A stretch of DNA of 64,000 nucleotides from assembly GCA_026225055.1 (NCBI GenBank), contig JAMFSA010000248.1, positions 11,137-75,136 on the forward strand, in the 5' to 3' direction. Positions within the stretch are counted from its first letter, which is position 1; every line of letters begins with the position of its first letter. A model generated the notes under the pieces. That model was not told the origin of the DNA, did no database searches, and saw only the letters and a program-made list of their open reading frames with translations. Made by a program: the position numbers and the translations under genes. Positions 40,801 through 48,891 of this stretch are shown here, piece after piece. This stretch comes from Mucilaginibacter xinganensis (GTDB taxonomy: Bacteria > Bacteroidota > Bacteroidia > Sphingobacteriales > Sphingobacteriaceae).

Positions 40801-42027
40801 CGCGATCTCACTTTTATTTTTAGGGAATGACTGTCCGGGCAACTTATACCATGTAACCAGCTTAGTCAGGTAAAACGGCGTAGCCAAAAGGTTCTCCAAA
40901 TTATATGTTCGTATACGATTATAAAATGCCTCCCTGTCGGCGGCAAGGTGTTCATCCATATACCGGAATGATTGCCCGTAACTCAGATCAATTATTTCAT
41001 AGAAATCAAACTTTGGCAGTTCCTTATCCAGTTCATAATCGGAGAAAAATAATTTTCTACAGGAGAAGGCAAGATGCACGATAGGGTGGGCGATGGTAAA
41101 ATCCTTGATATGTTGTACCATATCAAGGAACTTATCCGATGGTACCTCGTCCAGCCCATCAATCAAAATAACCAGGTCTTTCCCTGCCACACTCATCCAG
41201 GAATCATGATGCAGCTTTAAGAGAATTTCAATTGGCTGAATAGTTTCAGATTTCAGCTTAAGGTCTAAAATCGTGTAGGGTGATTCGCCGTTTGATAGTT
41301 CGAATGCGGTTTGCTCAAATAGTTTGGTTTTTCCTTCGTAGGCCTCGGCGATAATGCATAAATGTTGTGGCTGCAGGTATTTTTCGCGGAATACCTCATC
41401 CAATGTTAAGGTTGACCTTTTTTTTACATCGGGGTAATGGATCGGCTCCTCATCAACATCTTTTATGTTTTTAATATTTCTTGTGATATATCCTGTATAG
41501 GCAGGATATTCCTGCTTTTTTAGCTCCGGTTCAAAACAATGCTTTCTGGCTTCTTCAAGGCTAAAGTAAAACTGGACGATTCTGAATTGCCCTTTCAGAT
41601 AATCTTCCAGCCGGGTTACATCCCAACAATCAAAGTTGATTTGATATTGTTGGTGGAATGTTAATTTCTGCTCCTGTATATATTCCTGGATATTAGGGTG
41701 TTGAAGGTCAGCCGAAGTGCTGATAATGAAAGTGTCCGTAGTAGGAAAAAAGTCACTTTCTAAAAATAGTCGTACGATCTCTTTTAAATCTGACAGGCCG
41801 AGATAAACATAATGCTTAGCCTGTATACAAGTATTTTTTCCAGTAGAATTTTTAAACGAGAGAATGTCTATGCTATCCTGAAAATGTCCATGTTTTAGAA
41901 ACTCCTCCGCAAAAAAGTCATTAAGAATATATTGGTAAAGCAGCAGACTTAATTTTTGAAACTCTTTCCAGCCAAGTTTTGATGATCTCCAGGATAATGC
42001 AGGTTGAAAGGCTTTAGGTCTTGACAC
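37873..42027 (-). CDS. Mrr-like PD-(D/E)xK nuclease + STAND/NACHT NTPase + long helical C-terminus (Avs/bNACHT-like defence protein)
   Basis: N-terminal WKEFQKL..QDSIDI..CIQAK, Walker A variant AEAYEGKT, Walker B LIDGLDE, SCR sensor, TPFYL, FFQEQL, then about 850 aa helical region. GTG start. Confidence 0.8.
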   Translation of the reverse strand: MSRPKAFQPALSWRSSKLGWKEFQKLSLLLYQYILNDFFAEEFLKHGHFQDSIDILSFKNSTGKNTCIQAKHYVYLGLSDLKEIVRLFLESDFFPTTDTFIISTSADLQHPNIQEYIQEQKLTFHQQYQINFDCWDVTRLEDYLKGQFRIVQFYFSLEEARKHCFEPELKKQEYPAYTGYITRNIKNIKDVDEEPIHYPDVKKRSTLTLDEVFREKYLQPQHLCIIAEAYEGKTKLFEQTAFELSNGESPYTILDLKLKSETIQPIEILLKLHHDSWMSVAGKDLVILIDGLDEVPSDKFLDMVQHIKDFTIAHPIVHLAFSCRKLFFSDYELDKELPKFDFYEIIDLSYGQSFRYMDEHLAADREAFYNRIRTYNLENLLATPFYLTKLVTWYKLPGQSFPKNKSEIAHRFIEESIELSGSRRLVGGRQLRHAIVRYKKLLTALAFAFQVKGINSGDTEFIQELFSQEDRELLMHSSILNINNKSWAFVNAFFQEQLSAIALKKFTVEEIFNLITIGKEVKKIKTKWIQTICTYLSQLEQHDPKREKLIALIETDNVELLALSEGSKFTNNFRAEVLKKILAKTIYHHARLSTIDENDLADFIGNEETAVDYLLQMMLDSVPAIIKITCIRTLRQIQLNHKQVEQFKDVALKQLEEVNEAYYAKLIIENLAKLKVGDQEMVARLKANTPMIKHHEYREGVYKLIDTLDLVDANYQFLLDGFAVLFQYNQGTHHYGSEKRLLQLLAKTEHPMLMRKLFREVSKNNFQNFFRFNKESIGDFVSALQIKASKAFAKDLAIIFSVMHFITEITSFRENDGYSGIIDFFKTTGEYRLGLRVYLNENDENKRSYVFSDTITAECFDILIYAAEEGQIKMHQLMGFVHGLSNNGKVEDARKLERLIEDAFGKPEKEIIRQQNIYVISEQNKEKNDLKYIATPIAFAKGIKSIFKKLATTEIQLDDLHFKYDEEYLPLIKVSSYLAHQFLREHADEKRVTLKFCLDSINDPAHFSLWRINALLNSHLAGRYPDFFREQIKNYYDENVEHFDFASITLDSSLDDRRRAGQFLKIWEKYEFPTSDKVLLEFLRMNPEGFNCLQFAKTNKRKTITGMILSRFETAQHLLVAKVLTNLKNGLRHSGVLGAHIEICEHIKVTAAIPEILKLIYNNELPYGHSYHLIDAYISLSGVLSELLPYFNRLEEIENYEFLLLTNTLQKDFPNEVLARLTYCFNYPGVSPDRKLEAAKRMAVLGDQNGFLYISENIDPEKPSPYHIQSNFPIWNVDTKWALSVLEPKMEIMVNEQLPKFRMPDSSEQFLLEILQGFAAKSESDLHLVKAFLISQEKRFVRKFPSKAGHLVFHAEIMEENFRQKTTELIPMEKIKALVEVLLR

Positions 42028-42049
42028 GTAGAATTAATTTATCGTTAAG

Positions 42050-42901
42050 TTACAAATATCTCCGATATATGCTTATCCGGTAAATCAATCTTTTAACATT
42101 TGGGTACAAGCCAAAAGCTAACAATCCAAAACCTATTAAACCGGCATACGAGGTTTCTTTGTCTGTTATAACCGGCACCGCTTTTTCCATTTGATCGGCA
42201 TCCAGCATGAAGGGCACGGTCAAATTGCCGTTTTTTAACACTATGCCAGGCCTTTGTGTATAACCCCATTGTTTTATCAAGTCGGTAGCTTTAGGAATTA
42301 ATTGCTCTATTGAAATCGGGGTGAATTCCTTTTCGGTCTGATGTAGCAAAGCGGAAGTCAGCAGCGCAATTGTAAATACTCCACCCCGGCCATATGGTGC
42401 GTCCCGGGCAAATTCTCCGTCTTGCGTGGCATGTACGATCAGTTTTCCTGCAGGTGAATTGAGTATATGATTATCAAATATAATTCTCGACGGTAAATCA
42501 CCTGAAAAACTCGAATAAACATCTTTCGATTCAAGTATACCACTTATGGTAGGAAAATAATTTCTACAGGCATCAACAATGATTAATTGCCTTGGGTTAT
42601 TATTCAGTAATTGCGTATCTGAAATAAGATAGTCCTCAAACTGTAAAAGTCTTTTTCCGGCGTCGCTTGCGCCATGCCCCGAAAAATAAATGATCTGGTA
42701 ATCGGCCGCAGTATTGGTAATTTGGTCGTAGCAATCTAACCATTGCGCTTCTTCAAAGTTGAGGATCTCATGGTTATACCAGCTGCCGCCTTTTGGTGAC
42801 AAGAGGAAATTGCGAAAGCTTTGAGCATCGCTTATCGCCCCAGGTAAAAAGTTGTCCCGCCTGTCAGGGCAACTGATAATAATTGCGTTTCTGGTAACCA
42901 T
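42050..42901 (-). CDS. Caspase-like (peptidase C14/metacaspase) protease
   Basis: LPGAISDA, YFSGHG (catalytic His), IIVDACR (catalytic Cys), GGVFT..L, C-terminal hydrophobic segment. Confidence 0.88.
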   Translation of the reverse strand: MVTRNAIIISCPDRRDNFLPGAISDAQSFRNFLLSPKGGSWYNHEILNFEEAQWLDCYDQITNTAADYQIIYFSGHGASDAGKRLLQFEDYLISDTQLLNNNPRQLIIVDACRNYFPTISGILESKDVYSSFSGDLPSRIIFDNHILNSPAGKLIVHATQDGEFARDAPYGRGGVFTIALLTSALLHQTEKEFTPISIEQLIPKATDLIKQWGYTQRPGIVLKNGNLTVPFMLDADQMEKAVPVITDKETSYAGLIGFGLLAFGLYPNVKRLIYRISIYRRYL

Positions 42902-43065
42902 GGTATAAAAAATATCAGTTAAGATAATGTTTTTTAAAACATCAGGTTACTGTAGGGAACTGAAAGGCACCCAAATTGAACGAAATCAACTCAAAAGAAC
43001 TGAAACCTTAATAAATGATTCATCATTTATCATGGCCGTAGAATAGCCCAGCAAAATAATCCCCC

Positions 43066-43290
43066 TTATACCGGCACACATAAGCATAAATCAAATTGTT
43101 GCGTCACAGGATTATAAAATGGCGTTGCTACAGAGCCCGCAGGGCATTGTCCGTTAACACACGGCGCATAGCTGAAATTTGCGGACTGAACAACGATATG
43201 CGAAAGTCCGTGGGCGGACAACACCTCATTAAACTTTTTTGTAATTTCGGGTAGCTTAGCGGTCAGCTCGTCCAAATGTTCTTGTTTCAT
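43066..43290 (-). CDS. Small protein with helical N-terminus and 4-Cys C-terminal region
   Basis: 74-aa ORF starting 4 nt after the lipoprotein stop. Pattern C-x4-C-x19-C-x-C-VPV. Confidence 0.6.
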   Translation of the reverse strand: MKQEHLDELTAKLPEITKKFNEVLSAHGLSHIVVQSANFSYAPCVNGQCPAGSVATPFYNPVTQQFDLCLCVPV

Positions 43291-43294
43291 TTTT

Positions 43295-44035
43295 TTATTT
43301 GTTTACGGTGATTAAAGTGGAATCTTTTATATTGGTCCTATTGCCGGACGCGTCTAGATAGGTACATTTCAGAAAAAACGATGTACCTGCCGGCAACGTA
43401 GCTCCAATGGAGTAAGCAGCTGAAACCGTTGAGGTGATATCAGACGTATCTTTCACAGCACGAAAGCTGCCTCCTAATTTGGCTCCACCGGGGTAATAGT
43501 CTTCAAATAAAACTTTATCTCCCGTCGAAACATTTTTCATCTGAAAACTTAGTGCTCCTGTAAGTGAAACCTCACTGCCGAAATTAGATGCTATCGATAA
43601 GGCAGATGGTGTGAGAACGATCTGATCGGGCACCGCCCTGACAAGCATTATTGAATCTTTTAACAGGAACGTAAAATACGGAGAAGATACCGCCGGGTAT
43701 GCTTTGATGATGATTTTCCCGACCGTCATCGGCACCCTCAAACTAACATTGGCTATCAGATGCCCGGACTGAAAAGTTGCTGCCTGTGTTATTATGGTGT
43801 CGTTTGTACTAAGAAATGTCCCGGCATTTGTTGAAAATATCACGCTACTTTTAGTAGGGTCCGCGATGCTGTCGATAGCGACAGAAATTTTTACGATTGT
43901 CGTACCATCAGCATACGGGGTATGATTCGATATATATAAACTGTTTATCACGGTTGAGGCTATTATATTTTCTCTTTTGCAGGAGTATATTCCCAAAACT
44001 ATAAACGCCAAAATTATTTTATAATAGGTTTTCAT
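43295..44035 (-). CDS. Lipoprotein with Ig-like (invasin/Big-1-like) domains
   Basis: Lipobox IYSC, ADGTTIVKISV...VIFSTNAGTF beta-rich repeat pattern, Ser/Thr-rich. Confidence 0.65.
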   Translation of the reverse strand: MKTYYKIILAFIVLGIYSCKRENIIASTVINSLYISNHTPYADGTTIVKISVAIDSIADPTKSSVIFSTNAGTFLSTNDTIITQAATFQSGHLIANVSLRVPMTVGKIIIKAYPAVSSPYFTFLLKDSIMLVRAVPDQIVLTPSALSIASNFGSEVSLTGALSFQMKNVSTGDKVLFEDYYPGGAKLGGSFRAVKDTSDITSTVSAAYSIGATLPAGTSFFLKCTYLDASGNRTNIKDSTLITVNK

Positions 44036-44042
44036 AACGTGC

Positions 44043-45617
44043 TTATTTAAAGATCATTGATGTGGCGTTTTTTATTGGATCTAAGAGATCAAAATCAATG
44101 CTGATCCCCGCATAGACTCCGGGAGTTATTGTCTTATCTGACAATAACGGATTGGGGTCGCTGCGCCGCAACATGGCCGCTCCGAAACCAAACCTGAAAG
44201 CTTTGTATAAACGCCAGCTCGGACCAATCGTAAAGGATAACCCGTTGGTAACGTTATCGAATTGCGTATTTTGCATGGCACCCAGCGTTACGCCAATGGT
44301 CAGGCTGGTACTCCGCCAAAAGGATGGCTGCGATTCAAGGGTATGCTGCTGCGTTGCGTCATCAGGTAATTTTCTCAGATATTTATTATCTACTGTTTTA
44401 TCATTGGGCATTAAGGAAATATCGATACCGATAAATAGCTTCGGAATTTCGACGATCTTATTATAATTGTCGTAGGTGAAAATGTTCATGATTCCGGCAT
44501 CCAGCGTAAAGATCGATGCGCCTTTTACTTTTAGATCCGTAAAATCATCTGTTCCGTTCAGCCACAGTGCCTGAGAAGGGAAATGATTTTTAAAGACATT
44601 TATTATATCGTCCTTTTGTGTCTGCAGATAAGCCTGTTTTGCAATCATATCAGGCAGCAAACGCTGAAGTTTGATAACAATAGGATTAAAAGTTCCTGGA
44701 TATTTTGCTTCTAAGGGCCGTGCAGCCATATTTAACAGAGAATCGATATATCCGCAATTTCTGGATAGATTTTTTATACGTAATTCCAAATCATACTCGC
44801 CGGCTCCTTTTTTGGGATCTTTAAAGTCGAAACTCAAAAGACCCTTGCTGATATCTTTAAAACTGCCATTGTCAAACATTTTTTGATAAAGCGATAGTTT
44901 AGCATAGAATAAATTCCTTTCATCAAGATGATTTACAATGACAGAAAAGTTAGTCTGATCAAACGAATAGGTTGCTGAATCCAGCGGGGCCATACTTTTT
45001 ATGTTATTATAGTTCGTTGCTACGGGGACAAAAACATTATCATAATAGGTGTCAATATTGTTTACATCCGTAGAAATATGCCGCGGCTGAGTTCCTGTAC
45101 GATGATCCTCAACCGAATCCTGGAGCATATTATACGCGGTCTTTAAGTCATCCGATCCATAAATGAGTGCCGCACTTTGCCCGGCATGGTCAATTAAAAT
45201 TGACTTATTAAGGTTCAATGCTCTTGTGATGGTTGACGGGGAAATTTTTCTTAGGATCAGTATATCGAAGTTTTTTCCAGCTTTAATGCCGGGCACGCTA
45301 AGCGTAATGGTGTTCTTAGACTTTGTTACGCCATCAGTTGGCAGGATCGTGCTTGCGCCGATAGGAGCTTTAAGGGTACGTTTCCCGGCGGCGTAAATAA
45401 CTTCGTACAGCTGCACCTTACTATAATTAATACCACTGGTGTCGATATTATCTATTTCTATCTTGAACGGCTTGTCAAAAGGGATGGTACCGGTAATATT
45501 TCTCGTATAAGCGTCGTATTTTATGGTCGTCTGAGCATATGCAAAATTGGCATTGCTTTGTGAGAAGGCCATATTAAAACAGACCAGCAGGAATATTAAA
45601 ATTAATATCGTACGCAT
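44043..45617 (-). CDS. Exported protein with helical middle and C-terminal amphipathic beta-strand (barrel-like) domain
   Basis: Sec signal peptide. C-terminal alternating strands FTLDAG, LFIGIDISL, SLTIGVT, FTIGPSWRL, FRFGFGAA, VYAGISIDF. Confidence 0.6.
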   Translation of the reverse strand: MRTILILIFLLVCFNMAFSQSNANFAYAQTTIKYDAYTRNITGTIPFDKPFKIEIDNIDTSGINYSKVQLYEVIYAAGKRTLKAPIGASTILPTDGVTKSKNTITLSVPGIKAGKNFDILILRKISPSTITRALNLNKSILIDHAGQSAALIYGSDDLKTAYNMLQDSVEDHRTGTQPRHISTDVNNIDTYYDNVFVPVATNYNNIKSMAPLDSATYSFDQTNFSVIVNHLDERNLFYAKLSLYQKMFDNGSFKDISKGLLSFDFKDPKKGAGEYDLELRIKNLSRNCGYIDSLLNMAARPLEAKYPGTFNPIVIKLQRLLPDMIAKQAYLQTQKDDIINVFKNHFPSQALWLNGTDDFTDLKVKGASIFTLDAGIMNIFTYDNYNKIVEIPKLFIGIDISLMPNDKTVDNKYLRKLPDDATQQHTLESQPSFWRSTSLTIGVTLGAMQNTQFDNVTNGLSFTIGPSWRLYKAFRFGFGAAMLRRSDPNPLLSDKTITPGVYAGISIDFDLLDPIKNATSMIFK

Positions 45618-45950
45618 TGTGAATAAGGTTAAGTAAGGTTGTTTTTAGCTATGCTTCCTTTGCGGTGCAATAACTAGCAATAAAAATAATAACATTAAAA
45701 ATAAAAAACAACAATAAGTTGTAAATCAGGGAAATATAAATATTTCCGCGCCGATAATACTTTTTCTTAATTTCAATATTCAAAATTTTCCGATATTCTT
45801 TGTGTTGTAATAAGCACAATTATAAACTCGGGTTTCATCAGTAAAAGAGGGTATCGACCCTGGAGTAAATCAATCAATATTTTTTAGGCGAAACGGGTAA
45901 AAAGCGCAGCTAAGGTTTTGCCGGATTTCATCGTTGGAGTATGCCAAAAG

Positions 45951-46105
45951 ACTACGGCATAATGAATAGCCTCGTTCCTCGGCTATTCACCCTGCGGGAC
46001 TTATTCCGTTTCCTTTTGGCTATGAGCCGGCTCTTCCTATGGCTTTCTTTTTTCCCTTTTTCTTTTAAAAAATAATCAAGAAAAGCAAAGCGGGATAAGG
46101 AAAGC
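45951..46105 (+). promoter_or_regulatory. Hairpin-rich ssb leader (Frpo/ssi-like single-strand element candidate)
   Basis: tgaatagcc-N9-ggctattca hairpin, and a long imperfect stem of gctttcttttttccctttttctt with aagaaaagcaaagcgggataaggaaagc. Confidence 0.4.
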
Positions 46106-46138
46106 AAAACAGATTTATTCACTTAAAAATTAAAAAAG

Positions 46139-46540
46139 ATGTTATTCACAGGAAGAATTACCGCAAATGCCGAAGTAAGAACCACTAAAGGCGACAAAAA
46201 AGTAACAGGTTTTACCGTAGCCCTCAACCAACGCTACAAAACCAAAGATGGCGAAAAGAAGGAAAAGACCGCTTATGTCAACTGCTCTTATTGGGTGAAC
46301 CCCGGTTTAGCCGATTACCTGACCAAAGGCACAATCGTCGAAATTTCGGGATGGGTTGAAGCGCAGATATGGGAAAACCGTGACGGCAAAACCCAGGCCG
46401 ACTTGGTTTGCAACGTCGATACCATCAAGCTATTCGGTGGGAATGGCGCAAAACCGGCCGACACTACAGGCGAAAAAAAAGCAGATAAAAAGAAAGCGGT
46501 TGCTAATGGCGCTCCCGATGAGGATGACCTGCCATTCTAA
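46139..46540 (+). CDS. ssb: Single-stranded DNA-binding protein (mobile-element type)
   Basis: TGRITANAEVR, FTVALN, YLTKGTIVEISG OB fold, acidic DDLPF tail. Confidence 0.93.
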   Translation: MLFTGRITANAEVRTTKGDKKVTGFTVALNQRYKTKDGEKKEKTAYVNCSYWVNPGLADYLTKGTIVEISGWVEAQIWENRDGKTQADLVCNVDTIKLFGGNGAKPADTTGEKKADKKKAVANGAPDEDDLPF

Positions 46541-46548
46541 AAACCTGA

Positions 46549-46574
46549 ACAGCATCCTGTTCGCAGGGTGCTGT
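46549..46574 (+). terminator. UUCG tetraloop hairpin after ssb
   Basis: acagcatcctg-ttcg-cagggtgctgt. Confidence 0.55.
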
Positions 46575-46620
46575 CTTAATGCTATTCAAAGAGCAATCTA
46601 TCACTTTAACCTATTAAGCC

Positions 46621-46866
46621 ATGAGCCACTTAGTCAATAAAACAGAACGTAAAGCCATTAAGGTATTGGCAAATACCCTCCGCTTTTTCGACGATACCAA
46701 TCTGTTGTTTGTAACTGCCGAAGATGCCCTTAAGGCAAGAGAAGCAGAAAACATCTTGCGGGGTATCATCGAAAGCAATGGTTACACCGCCAAATACCAA
46801 AAGGGAAAAGGAACACGAGTATTTAAGAACAAAAAAACAAAGTATTATGAAAACGAACTTTTTTGA
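46621..46866 (+). CDS. Hypothetical protein upstream of PRTRC cassette
   Basis: 81-aa ORF in operon orientation, overlapping the start of PRTRC E. Confidence 0.55.
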   Translation: MSHLVNKTERKAIKVLANTLRFFDDTNLLFVTAEDALKAREAENILRGIIESNGYTAKYQKGKGTRVFKNKKTKYYENELF

Positions 46867-47476
46867 ACATATCACCGCTTTGGAATTTCAGGGCGCAATA
46901 AACCTGAACCTCCTGAAAACTGCCACAGGGGCTTTAACTGTTTCGGTTTACCTGCCCAACGCCACAAAGGACACGGCAGGGACAGTCATACCCCCGATGA
47001 TTTTAAAAGGCAATGCCAGTGAACTGGACGAAGGGTTTTTTGAGGCAATCGCTTCGCCTATCAAAAAGACGGCAGGATTATTTGCCAATATGGATGCCTA
47101 CCAGCAAAGTCTGGAAAAGGCTAAGGAACTCTCCAAAGCAGAACAGGATAAGAAAAATAAATCGGGCAAAGGAAAAAAAGAAACTGCCAAAACTGGAAGT
47201 GCTGATAATGACGACGATGATGATGATACAGATGCAACAGAAAACCTGTTCAGCATCCAGGAAAACGAGCAAAAGGAACTGGCTGAAAAGAAAAAACGCT
47301 ATGACAATGCCATCACGCAAATCTCTGAACTAAATAAGCTTTGCAAATATGCCGAAGCGATAGCGCTTTTACCATCAGTTGAAGATTATCCCGAACATGC
47401 CGAAGAAATTACCCGTAAGGGTAACGAGCTTCAAAAGCGTAAAGCCCAATATGACCAGTTAATGCAGGATTTATAA
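46847..47476 (+). CDS. PRTRC system protein E
   Basis: MKTNFF..., LTVSV, IPPMILKG...ELDEGFF.AI..P motif. Likely start at 46847. Confidence 0.85.
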   Translation: MKTNFFEHITALEFQGAINLNLLKTATGALTVSVYLPNATKDTAGTVIPPMILKGNASELDEGFFEAIASPIKKTAGLFANMDAYQQSLEKAKELSKAEQDKKNKSGKGKKETAKTGSADNDDDDDDTDATENLFSIQENEQKELAEKKKRYDNAITQISELNKLCKYAEAIALLPSVEDYPEHAEEITRKGNELQKRKAQYDQLMQDL

Positions 47477-47489
47477 AACCAATAAGACA

Positions 47490-47705
47490 ATGGAAGTTAC
47501 AGCGATAAGCAGGGTTTTCCTGCATAAACAAAACGGACAGGAAGTAAGATTGACCGACCCCGGTGAACACCTGACCAAAGAGGACGTTCGGAATTTTTAC
47601 GCCAACATTTACCCGATACTGACCACCGCCAAAATACGTGGCCCGGAATTTAAGGACGATGAAATGCAGTACCATTTTGAAACTACGATGGGAACAAAAG
47701 GCTAA
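47490..47705 (+). CDS. PRTRC system protein C (prokaryotic ubiquitin-like)
   Basis: RVF, LTDP, VRNFYANIYPILTTA..GP, C-terminal GTKG. Confidence 0.9.
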   Translation: MEVTAISRVFLHKQNGQEVRLTDPGEHLTKEDVRNFYANIYPILTTAKIRGPEFKDDEMQYHFETTMGTKG

Positions 47706-47760
47706 TCATGAAAAAAAATAAAGTAATCACCACCGTTAAAGTTGAAAAAGAAAGTGACCT

Positions 47761-48891
47761 ATGGAAAATATACGGACAGTTCGGCAGGTACGCAGAAAAA
47801 CTGAACAGGCTACCCGATACGGGCGAAATACAGCGCAACCCTTTAAGAAGCGCACCGCCCGAACTGGTGGAAATGGTTTTCTGAACCACCAGTTTAAACC
47901 ATTTTGGTTATTCAACGGCAACAGCGAGAGAGCGGAAGCGGAGTATTTCCGCTCTCTCGAAAACCTTTGCAAGCATTATGATTTGCTTATGCCCGATGTA
48001 ACAGGATTGGAGTTTCCGCAAAACGTTTACCGTTCATGGCAAATCACCGCCGAGCGCATTAATGCAATCGACAAAAAACTGGATTGCATCATTCTGAAAG
48101 ATGAAAACCATACAGCAACGCTTGCAACCATAACCCAGTATGATACAGGGTATCACCTGTATTATATACCCGTGAAACCGCTTTGGAACTGGTCAACAAA
48201 TCCCAAATATAAGACGGTTACCGAGGTAATGCTGTCCATTTTTGCCTATTTGTATCAAGTGGTAGAAATACCGCTTTATACCGAACCCGACAGCTATGTC
48301 GGTCAACAGTACAGTTATATGGAAGATATGATAAATGAGAAAATGTTCGAGGATGATGAGGACAAAGAGTTTAAGGATTTTCAGATGGGTGAATTATTTA
48401 CCCTGCAAAATTCGGGCATTCATTTACGACGACTGATGGAAGAGAAATATCGGGTCGAGAATATGGAAGACATTGTTTTAAATTATGCCAACACAGAAGA
48501 ACATGATAACGAATTAGCCGTACTGGCTATCGAATTTGTACAGTTATACAAAGCATATCCCAAGCGTTCCTATTTGGACAGTATCAGACCCGACCTCTGT
48601 TATCCCGAAGTGGAAGAACGCATTTATGCCGAGCAATATGTTAGCTTTTACTGGAGTGGCTATGACAGCCTGATCGAAAGCGTTTATGAAATGATTAACT
48701 GCCACTTTCAGGAAATGGGGGTTACCGATGAACCCATTGATGTGAAATTATTTGATAGTCCAAACATTGAAACTACCGAGCGTTTCGGATTTGAGAACCG
48801 TCTTTTTCCGCTTATCAACAGGCTTTCAGAGTTTTTAGATAATTACGATGATTACACAACGCCTACCAACGACAAAGAAATTGAGCAATGA
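47761..48891 (+). CDS. PRTRC-associated protein (position of protein F)
   Basis: 376-aa ORF between PRTRC C and B, LYYIPVKPL. Stop overlaps the start of B. Confidence 0.65.
   Translation: MENIRTVRQVRRKTEQATRYGRNTAQPFKKRTARTGGNGFLNHQFKPFWLFNGNSERAEAEYFRSLENLCKHYDLLMPDVTGLEFPQNVYRSWQITAERINAIDKKLDCIILKDENHTATLATITQYDTGYHLYYIPVKPLWNWSTNPKYKTVTEVMLSIFAYLYQVVEIPLYTEPDSYVGQQYSYMEDMINEKMFEDDEDKEFKDFQMGELFTLQNSGIHLRRLMEEKYRVENMEDIVLNYANTEEHDNELAVLAIEFVQLYKAYPKRSYLDSIRPDLCYPEVEERIYAEQYVSFYWSGYDSLIESVYEMINCHFQEMGVTDEPIDVKLFDSPNIETTERFGFENRLFPLINRLSEFLDNYDDYTTPTNDKEIEQ

Noticed and set aside
44043-45617. Gasdermin as the caspase substrate
   Set aside because: The protein has a Sec signal peptide, is about twice the size of bacterial gasdermins and lacks their N-terminal Cys pattern. 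No gasdermin-like ORF is visible near the caspase.
46724-46846. N-terminal extension of PRTRC E given in the ORF track
   Set aside because: It overlaps the upstream 81-aa gene, and the family-like sequence starts at MKTNFF (46847).
47205-47232. GAT/GAC trinucleotide run as a tandem repeat locus
   Set aside because: It simply encodes the poly-Asp linker of PRTRC E.
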